The position numbers and the translations under genes are program-made. A DNA stretch of 64,000 bases from Rectinema sp. (GTDB taxonomy: Bacteria > Spirochaetota > Spirochaetia > Treponematales > Rectinemataceae), in the NCBI GenBank assembly GCA_039680115.1, contig JBDKTP010000012.1, positions 9,978 to 73,977 on the forward strand. Reading direction: 5' to 3'. The notes under the pieces were generated by a model that saw only the letters and a list, made by a program, of their open reading frames with translations, searched no databases and was not told the DNA's origin. Positions 9,951 through 18,723 of this stretch are shown here, one piece after another. Each line of letters starts with the position of its first letter. Positions within the stretch are counted from its first letter, which is position 1.

Positions 9951-9990
9951 TACTGACCCAAGATTCGAGATACTGACCCAAGATTCGAGA
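9951..9990 (+). repeat. Perfect 20-bp tandem duplication immediately upstream of the tyrS RBS
   Basis: TACTGACCCAAGATTCGAGA at 9951-9970 and again at 9971-9990, followed by gtttGAGGAGtccacATG (tyrS start 10006). Confidence 0.95.
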
Positions 9991-10005
9991 GTTTGAGGAG
10001 TCCAC

Positions 10006-11235
10006 ATGAATAAGGCGCTGGAAACATTGAGCGAACGAGGTTTTATTCAGCAATGCACAGATATTGAAGGGCTTTCTAAATTGATGGACAACGGGCCCAT
10101 AACTTTTTACATTGGTTGTGATCCGACTGGTCCATCGCTCCATATTGGACACATGGTTCCATTTTTTGCTCTTAGGCATTTGCGTGAAGCCGGTCATATT
10201 GGCATCGCTCTCTTAGGTGGAGGTACAGCACGAATTGGGGACCCCTCCGGCAAGAGTGAAATGCGGAAAATTATTTCATACGAAGCCATAGACGAGAATA
10301 CAAAACGCTTCGAGTCCCAGCTGGACAAGTTTGTTGGGTTTGATGGCAAAACCTCGTTTACGGTCAACAATAAAGACTGGTTAGCAAATCTCAACTACAT
10401 TGAGTTCTTGCGGGACATTGGAAAGCACTTTTCGGTCAATCGAATGCTCTCGTTTGAAACCTATAAACAGCGTATGGAAACGGGCTTGTCTTTCATTGAG
10501 TTTAACTATCAACTTCTACAATCGTACGACTTTTTGCAGCTTTATCAACGATATGGTTGCCGATTGCAGATTGGCGGTGACGACCAGTGGGGCAATATTG
10601 TGGCTGGAATTGAGCTCATCAGGAGAATAGAGGGCGTGGAGTGTTATGGTCTGACATTCCCTCTTGTTATGACCAGTGATGGTAAAAAGATGGGAAAGAC
10701 AGAAAAAGGCGCCTTGTTCTTGGATCCTGAAATGACAAGTCCCTACGAGTTTTTCCAGTACTGGCGAAATGTCTCGGATGCAGATGTTGAACGATTCTTG
10801 TTGATGTTTACATTCCTGCCGACAGAAGAGTGCAGAAAACTCACCTCAGATCGTGACTCCGCAGCCATAAACAAGGCCAAAGAGCGGCTTGCGTGGGAAG
10901 TCACTGCACTCATTCACGGAAAAGAAGAAGCAGATAAGGCCTTGGCTGCGGCACGGGCAGCGTTTGGTGGGGGAGGGTCAAAAGAAGAAATCCCCTCAAT
11001 CGTTATTCCAAAATCGAAACTTGCCGCAGGCATGCCCGTCCTTGCACTTTTCGTCGAAGCTGGGTTGGCCAGTTCAAAAAGCGAAGCCAGACGTCTGGTG
11101 CAACAGGGCGGAGCATCAATCAACGGAGAGCGGGTGGTGGACGAAAACATGCTTGTCCGGGAAGAAAACCTCAGCAGTGGAGAAATGCTCTTGCGGGCAG
11201 GCAAGAAACACGTTTGCCGCGTAACCACCGAATAA
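10006..11235 (+). CDS. tyrS: Tyrosyl-tRNA synthetase
   Basis: GCDPTGPSLHIGH (HIGH), KMGKT (KMSKS) and a C-terminal S4-like domain. Confidence 0.95.
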   Translation: MNKALETLSERGFIQQCTDIEGLSKLMDNGPITFYIGCDPTGPSLHIGHMVPFFALRHLREAGHIGIALLGGGTARIGDPSGKSEMRKIISYEAIDENTKRFESQLDKFVGFDGKTSFTVNNKDWLANLNYIEFLRDIGKHFSVNRMLSFETYKQRMETGLSFIEFNYQLLQSYDFLQLYQRYGCRLQIGGDDQWGNIVAGIELIRRIEGVECYGLTFPLVMTSDGKKMGKTEKGALFLDPEMTSPYEFFQYWRNVSDADVERFLLMFTFLPTEECRKLTSDRDSAAINKAKERLAWEVTALIHGKEEADKALAAARAAFGGGGSKEEIPSIVIPKSKLAAGMPVLALFVEAGLASSKSEARRLVQQGGASINGERVVDENMLVREENLSSGEMLLRAGKKHVCRVTTE

Positions 11236-11236
11236 C

Positions 11237-11265
11237 CTTGATGGGGACATGCCGTCCTCATCAAG
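11237..11265. terminator. 12-bp hairpin between convergent tyrS and deoD (possible bidirectional terminator)
   Basis: CTTGATGGGGAC / GTCCTCATCAAG with a 5-nt loop. There are no clear U-tracts. Confidence 0.45.
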
Positions 11266-11270
11266 AGAGT

Positions 11271-12020
11271 TTAAGCGAGCTCGAGTGCAACGTCGAACAT
11301 TGCGTTCAGCGCCGTCTGCCTTTCCTGAGGAGTCATTTCTGCGCCTGTTATGTTTGAATCAGAACATGTCAGGAGCGTGAGCGCCTTCTTACCAAGATAG
11401 GCGGCATTACAGTAAAGCGCATAGCACTCCATGTCTGTGGCCTTGCAACCCATTCTTGCCCACTTTTTCCAGCCCTCCTCAGGAGGCAGGGCGCTGTACA
11501 AAGAAAACGTGTCTGAAGAGAAGATTGGGCCAACCCAGAATCGCGTGCTGTGTAATCGTGCCACATTTACTGCCTTTTCCAGGAGCTCAAAATCTGCACA
11601 AGGAGAAAATGTACCTTCCAGACGGTATTGGCGAGCATAATTGGAGTCAGTGGAAGCTGACATTGCCATTACCAGATCTCCAACTTGGATTTCTGGCGCA
11701 AGGCCTCCACAGGTGCCTATCCGAACAATGCGCTCGACACCATAGAAAGCGAACAATTCATACGAGTAAATCCCCATTGAAGGGGCTCCCATCCCTGAGC
11801 CCATAACGGTCACCTTTCGGCCCTTGTAGGTTCCTGTGTACCCGTACATGTTTCTGACATCGTTGACCTTTTGAACGTCCGTCAAGCGTGTTTCCGCAAT
11901 GTGTTTCGCCCGTAAAGGATCCCCAGGCATGAGAACAAATGGAGCGATTTCTCCAGGCTTTGCGCTGTTGTGTGGTGTTCCGTGCGCTGCGTATCCCGTC
12001 ATGTCGTGTGAAGAATTCAT
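11271..12020 (-). CDS. deoD: Purine nucleoside phosphorylase, DeoD type
   Basis: Hexameric PNP/UDP family motifs are visible: PGDPLRAKHIAE, GMGAPSMGIYSYEL, and TCGG with following residues. ATG 12020 is preceded by AGGAGG. The ORF-track start at 12065 would overlap the permease. Confidence 0.88.
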   Translation of the reverse strand: MNSSHDMTGYAAHGTPHNSAKPGEIAPFVLMPGDPLRAKHIAETRLTDVQKVNDVRNMYGYTGTYKGRKVTVMGSGMGAPSMGIYSYELFAFYGVERIVRIGTCGGLAPEIQVGDLVMAMSASTDSNYARQYRLEGTFSPCADFELLEKAVNVARLHSTRFWVGPIFSSDTFSLYSALPPEEGWKKWARMGCKATDMECYALYCNAAYLGKKALTLLTCSDSNITGAEMTPQERQTALNAMFDVALELA

Positions 12021-12045
12021 GGTTCCTCCTAAAGCTTGTTTTGGA

Positions 12046-12948
12046 TCAACTGCCACCGCGTTCATATGGTTGGCCAGAAGCCCGTGGGGCGTAGTTTCGG
12101 CCTGAAAATACCACTAGCGTGACAAGAGTAATTATGTAAGGCAAAACGCTAAAAAATTCAGAGGGCAAGAACCGCAGGCTTTCGATATTCACCATATAGA
12201 TCGCTAAGGCAACAGCCGTGCCAAAAAGCAACGACGCTGCGGAAACTCCGAGCGGTCTCCATCGACCAAAGGACACCGCTGCAAGGGCTATGTATCCTGC
12301 ACCATTGATGGTGTTGACCGTGTATTGAATAGTCTCTGTAAGTACCAAACAACCACCAGCAAGGCCAGCCAGGCCTCCAGACAGAAGCACGGCGACATAG
12401 CGCATCTTTTGAACATTGATACCAGCGGACGCCGCTGCCTGTGGGTGTTCTCCACAGGCACGAAGACGCAAACCGACTGGTCGCTTATAGAGTACGTACC
12501 AGGCAACTATGACTATTGCAAGCGCTATCCAAGCCGTGGGGTAGATTCCTGAAAAACCAGGCATCATACCTAGGCGGAACGGCGCAGTTCTTTCCATCTT
12601 AAAAAAGACCTGAGATAAGAAAGTTGTTCCACCTGTTGCCAGCAGGTTTATTCCAGTACCTGAAATGACCTGATCTGCATTGAGAGTAATGGAGGCGAAC
12701 GCATGAATTATCGAAACGACGAAACCTGCAAAGAAGGCAGCAATGAGAGCGATCCAGATTGAAAGCGGCGTAAGAGGTTCCAGGAAATAATGTACGGTCG
12801 CTGCAGTAAATGCGCCAATGCTCATAAGGCCTTCCAGAGCGATATTCACAACACCGGATCGCTCACAGATCATGCCACCCACTGCTGTAATCAGGATAGG
12901 TGCGACAATCATCAAGACAGAAGGGATCATTGTTGCAAAACTACCCAT
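12046..12948 (-). CDS. ABC transporter permease (BMP/nucleoside uptake system)
   Basis: Polytopic membrane protein within a lipoprotein-ATPase-permease-permease operon. Confidence 0.85.
   Translation of the reverse strand: MGSFATMIPSVLMIVAPILITAVGGMICERSGVVNIALEGLMSIGAFTAATVHYFLEPLTPLSIWIALIAAFFAGFVVSIIHAFASITLNADQVISGTGINLLATGGTTFLSQVFFKMERTAPFRLGMMPGFSGIYPTAWIALAIVIVAWYVLYKRPVGLRLRACGEHPQAAASAGINVQKMRYVAVLLSGGLAGLAGGCLVLTETIQYTVNTINGAGYIALAAVSFGRWRPLGVSAASLLFGTAVALAIYMVNIESLRFLPSEFFSVLPYIITLVTLVVFSGRNYAPRASGQPYERGGS
12209..12223 (-). promoter_or_regulatory. Near-consensus sigma-54 -24/-12 element inside the permease 3' end
   Basis: The minus strand reads TGGCACG-GCTG-TTGC. This matches TGGCACG-N4-TTGC and misses only the trailing W. 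It lies about 190 nt upstream of the deoD ATG. Confidence 0.3.
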
Positions 12949-14152
12949 TGTGTTTTTGCCCTCCGTTTCCTGAATTCAACGAATCCTCTAACGAAGCCGC
13001 ATCTGAAGCTGTCTGAATCTCCATGTGCATTCTCACTTTGTTTTTTGCCCGCCACGCTAAGAAGAGTTTTGCGCCCGCACGTAAAGAAATGAGTACAACG
13101 ACGAGGCCGGATATGATCCATGTGATTTCTTTCGGAATTTGTCTGGATTGCATGAGAGGTTGGGCTGAGGCCAGCATGCCGAAAAGGAGGCCGGCTAAGA
13201 AAGTGCCCAGGCCAGTATTGTTGCCCACTAGAGCGGCTGCTATGCCATTGAATCCATAGTTGTCCAGTCCTGCAAGAACACGCCCATATGAAAATGAACC
13301 GAGCGCCACAATTGCTCCTGCGAGGCCGGCAAAAACCCCTGCAAGGATCATTGAAATGGAAATCCGGCTAGTCACCTTAATACCCGAGCACCGCGCGGCT
13401 TCTTTATTGTAGCCAGTTGCCCGCAATTCAAAACCCAGTTTTGTTTTTTCGATAATAAACCAATACAAGATACAGCAGAGGATAGTGACCCAAAAGCCTA
13501 TACTTAACCGCGAGTCGTTTGTCAACGATTGCAATAAGTTACTTGTGAGCATTGCAGATGCGGGAAAGCTTGGAGTCTTGTAGGTATTGGAGCCGGGGAT
13601 CTGCATTGTTGCCCAGCGTGATAGAAAAAAGGCTATATAATTCAACATAATCGTGGCAACAACTTCAGAGACTTCAAATCTCGCTTTTAGCCAACCAACA
13701 AGGCCACCAAACAAGGCCCCTGCGATAGCCGCGGCAATCAGTGCGACGACCCAATGCAGAATCGGAATGGGCGGAAAATAGAGCGCAACAAATTGCGCGG
13801 CCGTAAGTCCAGCAATATATTGTCCCTCTGCGCCAATATTGAAAAGACCAGTTCTTGCCGCAAATCCAAAAGACAAACCACAGAGTATAAGCGGAAGGCT
13901 TGCGGTGAGCCATTCTCCGATATAACGGGCATTCCAGGTGCCTCGCTCAATATCCAGTCCTGTAAGGGTCTGTAACATTGCAGAGTACATGCCAGAAGGG
14001 TTCTTGCCGACTAAGATAATCAACAGAGTTCCGAACAGTAGCCCAAGCAGAACCACAATGACAGAAACTGCATTGTCATTCGCAAGAAGGTTATCGAGTT
14101 TGTCGGTTCTGTCTCTGCGGGCCGGTTCTGCCAGTTTTTTTGTATGCTTCAT
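12941..14152 (-). CDS. ABC transporter permease (BMP/nucleoside uptake system)
   Basis: Polytopic membrane protein that overlaps the next permease by 8 nt. Confidence 0.85.
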   Translation of the reverse strand: MKHTKKLAEPARRDRTDKLDNLLANDNAVSVIVVLLGLLFGTLLIILVGKNPSGMYSAMLQTLTGLDIERGTWNARYIGEWLTASLPLILCGLSFGFAARTGLFNIGAEGQYIAGLTAAQFVALYFPPIPILHWVVALIAAAIAGALFGGLVGWLKARFEVSEVVATIMLNYIAFFLSRWATMQIPGSNTYKTPSFPASAMLTSNLLQSLTNDSRLSIGFWVTILCCILYWFIIEKTKLGFELRATGYNKEAARCSGIKVTSRISISMILAGVFAGLAGAIVALGSFSYGRVLAGLDNYGFNGIAAALVGNNTGLGTFLAGLLFGMLASAQPLMQSRQIPKEITWIISGLVVVLISLRAGAKLFLAWRAKNKVRMHMEIQTASDAASLEDSLNSGNGGQKHNG

Positions 14153-14167
14153 ACCATGCCCTTTGAA

Positions 14168-15736
14168 TCAGCTTGGATTGGCCATGAGGTGTGCCTTGCC
14201 TTCAAGGTCGGAGGCGTGAAGACTTCGTAATCCGGCCATCATAGCACCAATTTCTCTTTCATCAGCTTGTTTTGCATCGACAATTCCTACCGCCTCACCT
14301 TTAGAAATAGCTACTATTCTATCGCAGAGATTCATTATCTCGTCCAGTTCGAAAGAAACAAGCAGAATGGCTCGGCCTTTGTCGCGCTCCGCAATGATCC
14401 TAGAATGTATGTATTCGATAGCTCCCACATCCAAACCTCGGGTGGGCTGTGATATCAAAAGCAACTCTGGCGACAAATCAATCTCGCGGGCTATAACGGC
14501 TTTCTGTTGATTACCACCTGACATTTCACGGGCTTTGGTTTCTGGACCTCGTGCGGCCCTAATATCGAATATTTCAATAAGTCTTTGTGCATTCTGGCGA
14601 ATAGCTTCAAAGTTAAGCAGACCGCTTCTGGAGCAAAAAGGCGCCCTAGCGTATGTTTTGAGGATAAGGTTTTCGTCCAGACGAAAATCGAGCACAAGGC
14701 CGTGTTTCTGCCTGTCTTCCGGAACGTTGCCAACGCCCATGCGAATTCTTTCGGCTATTCCCTTGGAGGTCACATCCTGACCATTAAGGAGAATTCTGCC
14801 GCTCTCTACATGTCTTAGGCCAACAATGGCCTCGATCAGCTCGGATTGGCCATTTCCATCAACCCCTGCAATTCCGACGATTTCTCCTTTTCTCACGTCC
14901 AAAGAAAAATCGTTTACTGCAGAAGAGCCTCTAGAATTCTTCACACTGAGGTTCTGCAAGCTCAAGACTACTGGCCCCGGGTGAGCTTCGGCTTTCTTAA
15001 TCTGGAACTGGACTGCTCGTCCCACCATCATCGCAGCCATTTCAGATTCACTCGTTTTGTCCACATCTACCGTGTCAATAACCTTGCCTCGACGCAAAAT
15101 CGTACAACGCGACGCTACTTGTTTTATCTCCCGCAGTTTGTGCGTGATAAGGATAATAGTCTTGCCTTCAGCCTTGAGCCGTGCAAGTATCGCCATAAGT
15201 TCGTCAATTTCCTGCGGTGTCAAAACCGCAGTGGGCTCGTCAAAGATGAGAATATCCGCTTTTCGATACAGGATTTTGAGGATTTCCACTCTCTGTTGCA
15301 TTCCAACGGTGATGTCTTCGATTACCGCCTGTGGGTCGACCTCCAGACGGTACATGTTTGACAACCGTTCAACTTCTTTTTGAGCGGTCCCTAAATCGAT
15401 ATTCCCCAAGCGGTCGCGAGGTTCGTTGCCAAGGATGATATTCTCGGTAACAGTGTAGTTATGTATTAGCTTGAAATGTTGATGAACCATGCCTATACCG
15501 AGGGCTGTTGCGTGGTTAGGATCCTTTATGTGCACCTCTTTGCCACGCAAGAGAATCCTGCCTTCTTCTGGCGTATAGAGACCGAAGAGCACTGACATGA
15601 GTGTCGATTTTCCAGCACCGTTTTCGCCAAGGATGGCATGGATCTCGTTCTCTTGGACCCTCAGTGTAATGTTATCATTGGCAATGATGCCGGGGAAAAC
15701 CTTCGTTATCCCCAGCATCTCGATAGCATAGGCCAT
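14168..15736 (-). CDS. ABC transporter ATP-binding protein with duplicated ATPase domains
   Basis: Two nucleotide-binding domains (GENGAGKST, and the second-domain motifs GVDGNGQSE and LSGGNQQK), as in sugar/nucleoside-type importers. Confidence 0.92.
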   Translation of the reverse strand: MAYAIEMLGITKVFPGIIANDNITLRVQENEIHAILGENGAGKSTLMSVLFGLYTPEEGRILLRGKEVHIKDPNHATALGIGMVHQHFKLIHNYTVTENIILGNEPRDRLGNIDLGTAQKEVERLSNMYRLEVDPQAVIEDITVGMQQRVEILKILYRKADILIFDEPTAVLTPQEIDELMAILARLKAEGKTIILITHKLREIKQVASRCTILRRGKVIDTVDVDKTSESEMAAMMVGRAVQFQIKKAEAHPGPVVLSLQNLSVKNSRGSSAVNDFSLDVRKGEIVGIAGVDGNGQSELIEAIVGLRHVESGRILLNGQDVTSKGIAERIRMGVGNVPEDRQKHGLVLDFRLDENLILKTYARAPFCSRSGLLNFEAIRQNAQRLIEIFDIRAARGPETKAREMSGGNQQKAVIAREIDLSPELLLISQPTRGLDVGAIEYIHSRIIAERDKGRAILLVSFELDEIMNLCDRIVAISKGEAVGIVDAKQADEREIGAMMAGLRSLHASDLEGKAHLMANPS

Positions 15737-15738
15737 CG

Positions 15739-16836
15739 CTAATCATCCAGAGCCTGCAAGTTGTCGGGTGCGAGCCCCGCCGCTTTGGCTTCTTTATAGG
15801 TGGGAATAACTTTTATCTCGCCCGCTACGATTTTGGCCTTCACATCATTGACTTGTTTCACAATATCTTGAGTAAGTTCAGGGTTCTTGTCGGAAAAACC
15901 AACTCCGTCTGCTTTCGTATCGAATACCACGGTTTCTCCCTTGAAGGTCTTTGCTTTTACCTGATTAAGCGCATATTGCGTTGCTGATTCAACACGCTTG
16001 AGCATAGAGGTAAGGACGGCCGACTTGCCTTCTGCATAGATACCGTCTTCGTACTGATCAGAGTCGACTCCGATAGCCCAGACGTTTTTGCCTTGTGCGC
16101 GATACTCCTTGGCTTGGTTGATGGTACCGCCGCCAGTACCACCGGCCGCAGAGAAGATTGCGTATACACCGGCGTCGTACCAGTTCTTGGCTTGAGCCTT
16201 TGCGAGCTCAGGTTTTCCCCAGTCGTTTGCATAATAATCTACGATTGTAGCGTTCGGAAAAATCGAGCGGATACCTTGTACCCAGCCCATTTCGAACTTC
16301 GTGATCACCGAACTGGGAACACCACCTATAAACCCGAACTTTGGATTCTGGATGTTATCGGCCTTGGCCTTGAGGGCAGCAGCAACGCCGACCAGGTAAG
16401 AGCCTTCGTGCTCGGAAAAAGTCGCCTCCATGACATTGGGCTGGTTGATGCCAGAGACATCAACGATGACGTATTTTTGATTTGGATACTTCGGCGCGAC
16501 TTCTGCCAGGGCATCCTGGAATGTAAAACCTGTAACGATTATCAAGTCGTATTTCTCGTCAGAGGCTTGTTTTAGATTTGGTACGTACATATCCTGAGTT
16601 TGGGCGGTCACGACGTCATACAACTTACCCTTCTTTGTCGGGTTTTCCCACGTGTCGCCGTAAAATGCCAAAATACCCCGCCACGCAGCAGCATTAAAGG
16701 ATTTGTCGTCGATGCCAGTGGCATCGGTGAGCAGGCGTGAGGTTGGAAGGTCCGACTTTGCACTAGCCCCTTCGTTCCCGCAGGAAACAGCAAAAACTGA
16801 GAAAATCACCAGCAAGACCAACAGAATCTTTTTCAT
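15739..16836 (-). CDS. BMP-family (PnrA/TmpC-like) substrate-binding lipoprotein
   Basis: MKKILLVLLVIFSVFAVSC lipobox, AGGAGGAG SD before ATG 16836, and a BMP-like body (DKSFN..., IVTGF..., GGVP...). The ORF-track start at 16872 is a probable over-extension. Confidence 0.88.
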   Translation of the reverse strand: MKKILLVLLVIFSVFAVSCGNEGASAKSDLPTSRLLTDATGIDDKSFNAAAWRGILAFYGDTWENPTKKGKLYDVVTAQTQDMYVPNLKQASDEKYDLIIVTGFTFQDALAEVAPKYPNQKYVIVDVSGINQPNVMEATFSEHEGSYLVGVAAALKAKADNIQNPKFGFIGGVPSSVITKFEMGWVQGIRSIFPNATIVDYYANDWGKPELAKAQAKNWYDAGVYAIFSAAGGTGGGTINQAKEYRAQGKNVWAIGVDSDQYEDGIYAEGKSAVLTSMLKRVESATQYALNQVKAKTFKGETVVFDTKADGVGFSDKNPELTQDIVKQVNDVKAKIVAGEIKVIPTYKEAKAAGLAPDNLQALDD

Positions 16837-16858
16837 CGCTCTCCTCCTAGTTCTCTGC

Positions 16859-16892
16859 CTTTTGTTGTGCATTTGATCATCGACAACAAAAG
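16859..16892. repeat. Perfect 10-bp inverted repeat in the leader/promoter region of the nucleoside ABC operon
   Basis: CTTTTGTTGT (16859-16868) and ACAACAAAAG (16883-16892) are separated by 14 nt containing TGATCA. It lies 23 nt upstream of the lipoprotein ATG on the minus strand. Confidence 0.8.
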
Positions 16893-16934
16893 TATTAAAT
16901 CACATTACTATTTAATAATGAAATACACGTAGTT

Positions 16935-18569
16935 CTAAATTTCAGCTACGATGTGGCCATGGTAATATTCATCTCGCAGCTCCTTGACTTGCGGATCGAT
17001 AAGATAGTCGTCGAATAGCATATAACGATCAATCACTCCACCTGGACAAATTTCAATGATTCGATTCGCTATTGAGTTTACAAATTCATGATCGTGACTT
17101 GCGAACAGCAAAACCTCCTGAAAATCGATAAGTCCATCGTTGAGCGACGTAATGGCTTCCAGGTCCAGGTGGTTTGTCGGCTCATCCATTATAAGAAAGT
17201 TTGCTCCAGAAAGCATCATCTTGGACAGCATGCATCGCACTTTTTCTCCACCGGAAAGCACTTGCACAGACTTAAGCGCTTCGTCACCCGTAAAAAGCAT
17301 TCTCCCCAGGAAGGACCTGATATAGGTTTCGTCTTCAGAGTTTGTGAACTGCTTTAGCCAGTCAACGATACTCATGTCTAAATCAAAAAGGCCCGAAACA
17401 TCCCTGGGGAAATAAGAAATCTGAACAGTCTGTCCCCAGTACAGATCTCCAGATAGCGGCGCAAGGTCGCCACCGAGTGTGGCCAGAAGGGCAGATCTTG
17501 CAAGATGTTCATGTCCAACAAAAGCTATTTTGTCAGTACGATTGACAATAAATGAGTAGTTTGTCAGAAGGGGCGTTCGATCAAAACCAATTGTCAGGTT
17601 TTCCGCCCTTAGAACGTTATTGCCGATTTCTCTGTTAGGTTTAAAACTAATCCATGGGAATCGCCTGGAAGACGGAACGATGTCGTCCAGCTCCAGTTTT
17701 TCCAGGACTTTTTTTCGGGAAGTAGCCTGCCTGCTTTTTGAGGCGTTTGAAGCAAAACGCTGAATAAAGTCCTTAAGATCTCGAATTTTCTCTTCCCGAC
17801 GTTTTTTCTCATCCTTTTGTTGTTGGACGAGTATCTTATTCATTCGATACCAAAAATCATAGTTTCCGGTGTACATGCGGATATGGCCAAAGTCTATATC
17901 GCAGACATGCGTACATACGGCGTTCAGGAAATGCCTGTCGTGGGATACCACTATAACGATATTGGGAAAGTCGATGAGAAATTCCTCGAGCCAGGCTATA
18001 GAATCCAGGTCTAGACCATTGGTTGGTTCATCGAGAAGCAAGACGTCCGGATTTCCAAAAAGAGCTTGTGCAAGAAGGGCACGAACTTTAGAGGATTCGC
18101 TTACTTCCTTCATGAGTTTTGTGTGATCTGTCTCGGGGACTCCAAGGCCAGAAAGCAACATGGACGCCTGGCTTTCTGCTTCCCACCCTCCAAGCTCGGC
18201 AAACTCAGCCTCCAGCTCGCTTGCGCGAAGACCATCGGCTTCGGAAAAGTCACTCTTAGCATAGATTGCTTCCCGTTCCTTCATAATTGAGTAAAGCTTT
18301 GAGTGGCCAGCAATTACGGTATCAAGCAGCGTGTACTCGTCGTATGCAAAGTGGTTTTGCTTTAGTGTGGCTACCCGAGCCGTTGAGGGTATCGATACTT
18401 CACCGCGGTCTTGTTGTAGTTCTCCGGAGAGAATGCGGAGGAACGTTGTCTTTCCTGCACCATTTGCTCCGATGATTCCATAGCAATTGCCTGGTGAGAA
18501 TTTCAGATTGACATCTCGAAAAAGAGTTTTTTCGCCAAATCCAAAAGCGAGTTCGTTGATCGTTATCAC
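16935..18569 (-). CDS. ABC-F family ATPase (two ABC domains, no TM domain)
   Basis: Two Walker A motifs (GANGAGKTT, and a second ABC domain starting around FVGHEHLARS), two LSGGE signatures and a charged inter-domain linker (QQKDEKKRREEKIRDL). I prefer the GTG start at 18569 (MITINELAFGFGEK, GGGAG upstream). The ORF-track start at 18770 adds an atypical 67 aa. Confidence 0.85.
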   Translation of the reverse strand: MITINELAFGFGEKTLFRDVNLKFSPGNCYGIIGANGAGKTTFLRILSGELQQDRGEVSIPSTARVATLKQNHFAYDEYTLLDTVIAGHSKLYSIMKEREAIYAKSDFSEADGLRASELEAEFAELGGWEAESQASMLLSGLGVPETDHTKLMKEVSESSKVRALLAQALFGNPDVLLLDEPTNGLDLDSIAWLEEFLIDFPNIVIVVSHDRHFLNAVCTHVCDIDFGHIRMYTGNYDFWYRMNKILVQQQKDEKKRREEKIRDLKDFIQRFASNASKSRQATSRKKVLEKLELDDIVPSSRRFPWISFKPNREIGNNVLRAENLTIGFDRTPLLTNYSFIVNRTDKIAFVGHEHLARSALLATLGGDLAPLSGDLYWGQTVQISYFPRDVSGLFDLDMSIVDWLKQFTNSEDETYIRSFLGRMLFTGDEALKSVQVLSGGEKVRCMLSKMMLSGANFLIMDEPTNHLDLEAITSLNDGLIDFQEVLLFASHDHEFVNSIANRIIEICPGGVIDRYMLFDDYLIDPQVKELRDEYYHGHIVAEI

Positions 18570-18631
18570 AAGACAAATACTCCCTGTAAATGACCCAAAT
18601 TTCAAGGGGTTAACGCAAGTCGTTGTTCTGA

Positions 18632-18663
18632 AGGTGTTCTCGTATGCAGGTGTTCTAGTACGC
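18632..18663. repeat. Imperfect 16-bp tandem repeat in the ABC-F / phosphoesterase divergent region
   Basis: AGGTGTTCTCGTATGC followed by AGGTGTTCTAGTACGC (14/16). There is also an 8-bp inverted repeat: GTTCTAGT 18652-18659 and ACTAGAAC 18693-18700. Confidence 0.85.
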
Positions 18664-18723
18664 ATCTTCATTTCACGAGCTTGTCGAGCTACACTAGAAC
18701 TGGAAAGGGGACAAACGTCAAGC

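Noticed and set aside
16837-16934. Purine/guanine riboswitch upstream of the nucleoside ABC operon
   Set aside because: None of the conserved purine-riboswitch junction sequence is visible. Only a simple inverted repeat is present, and it is reported separately.
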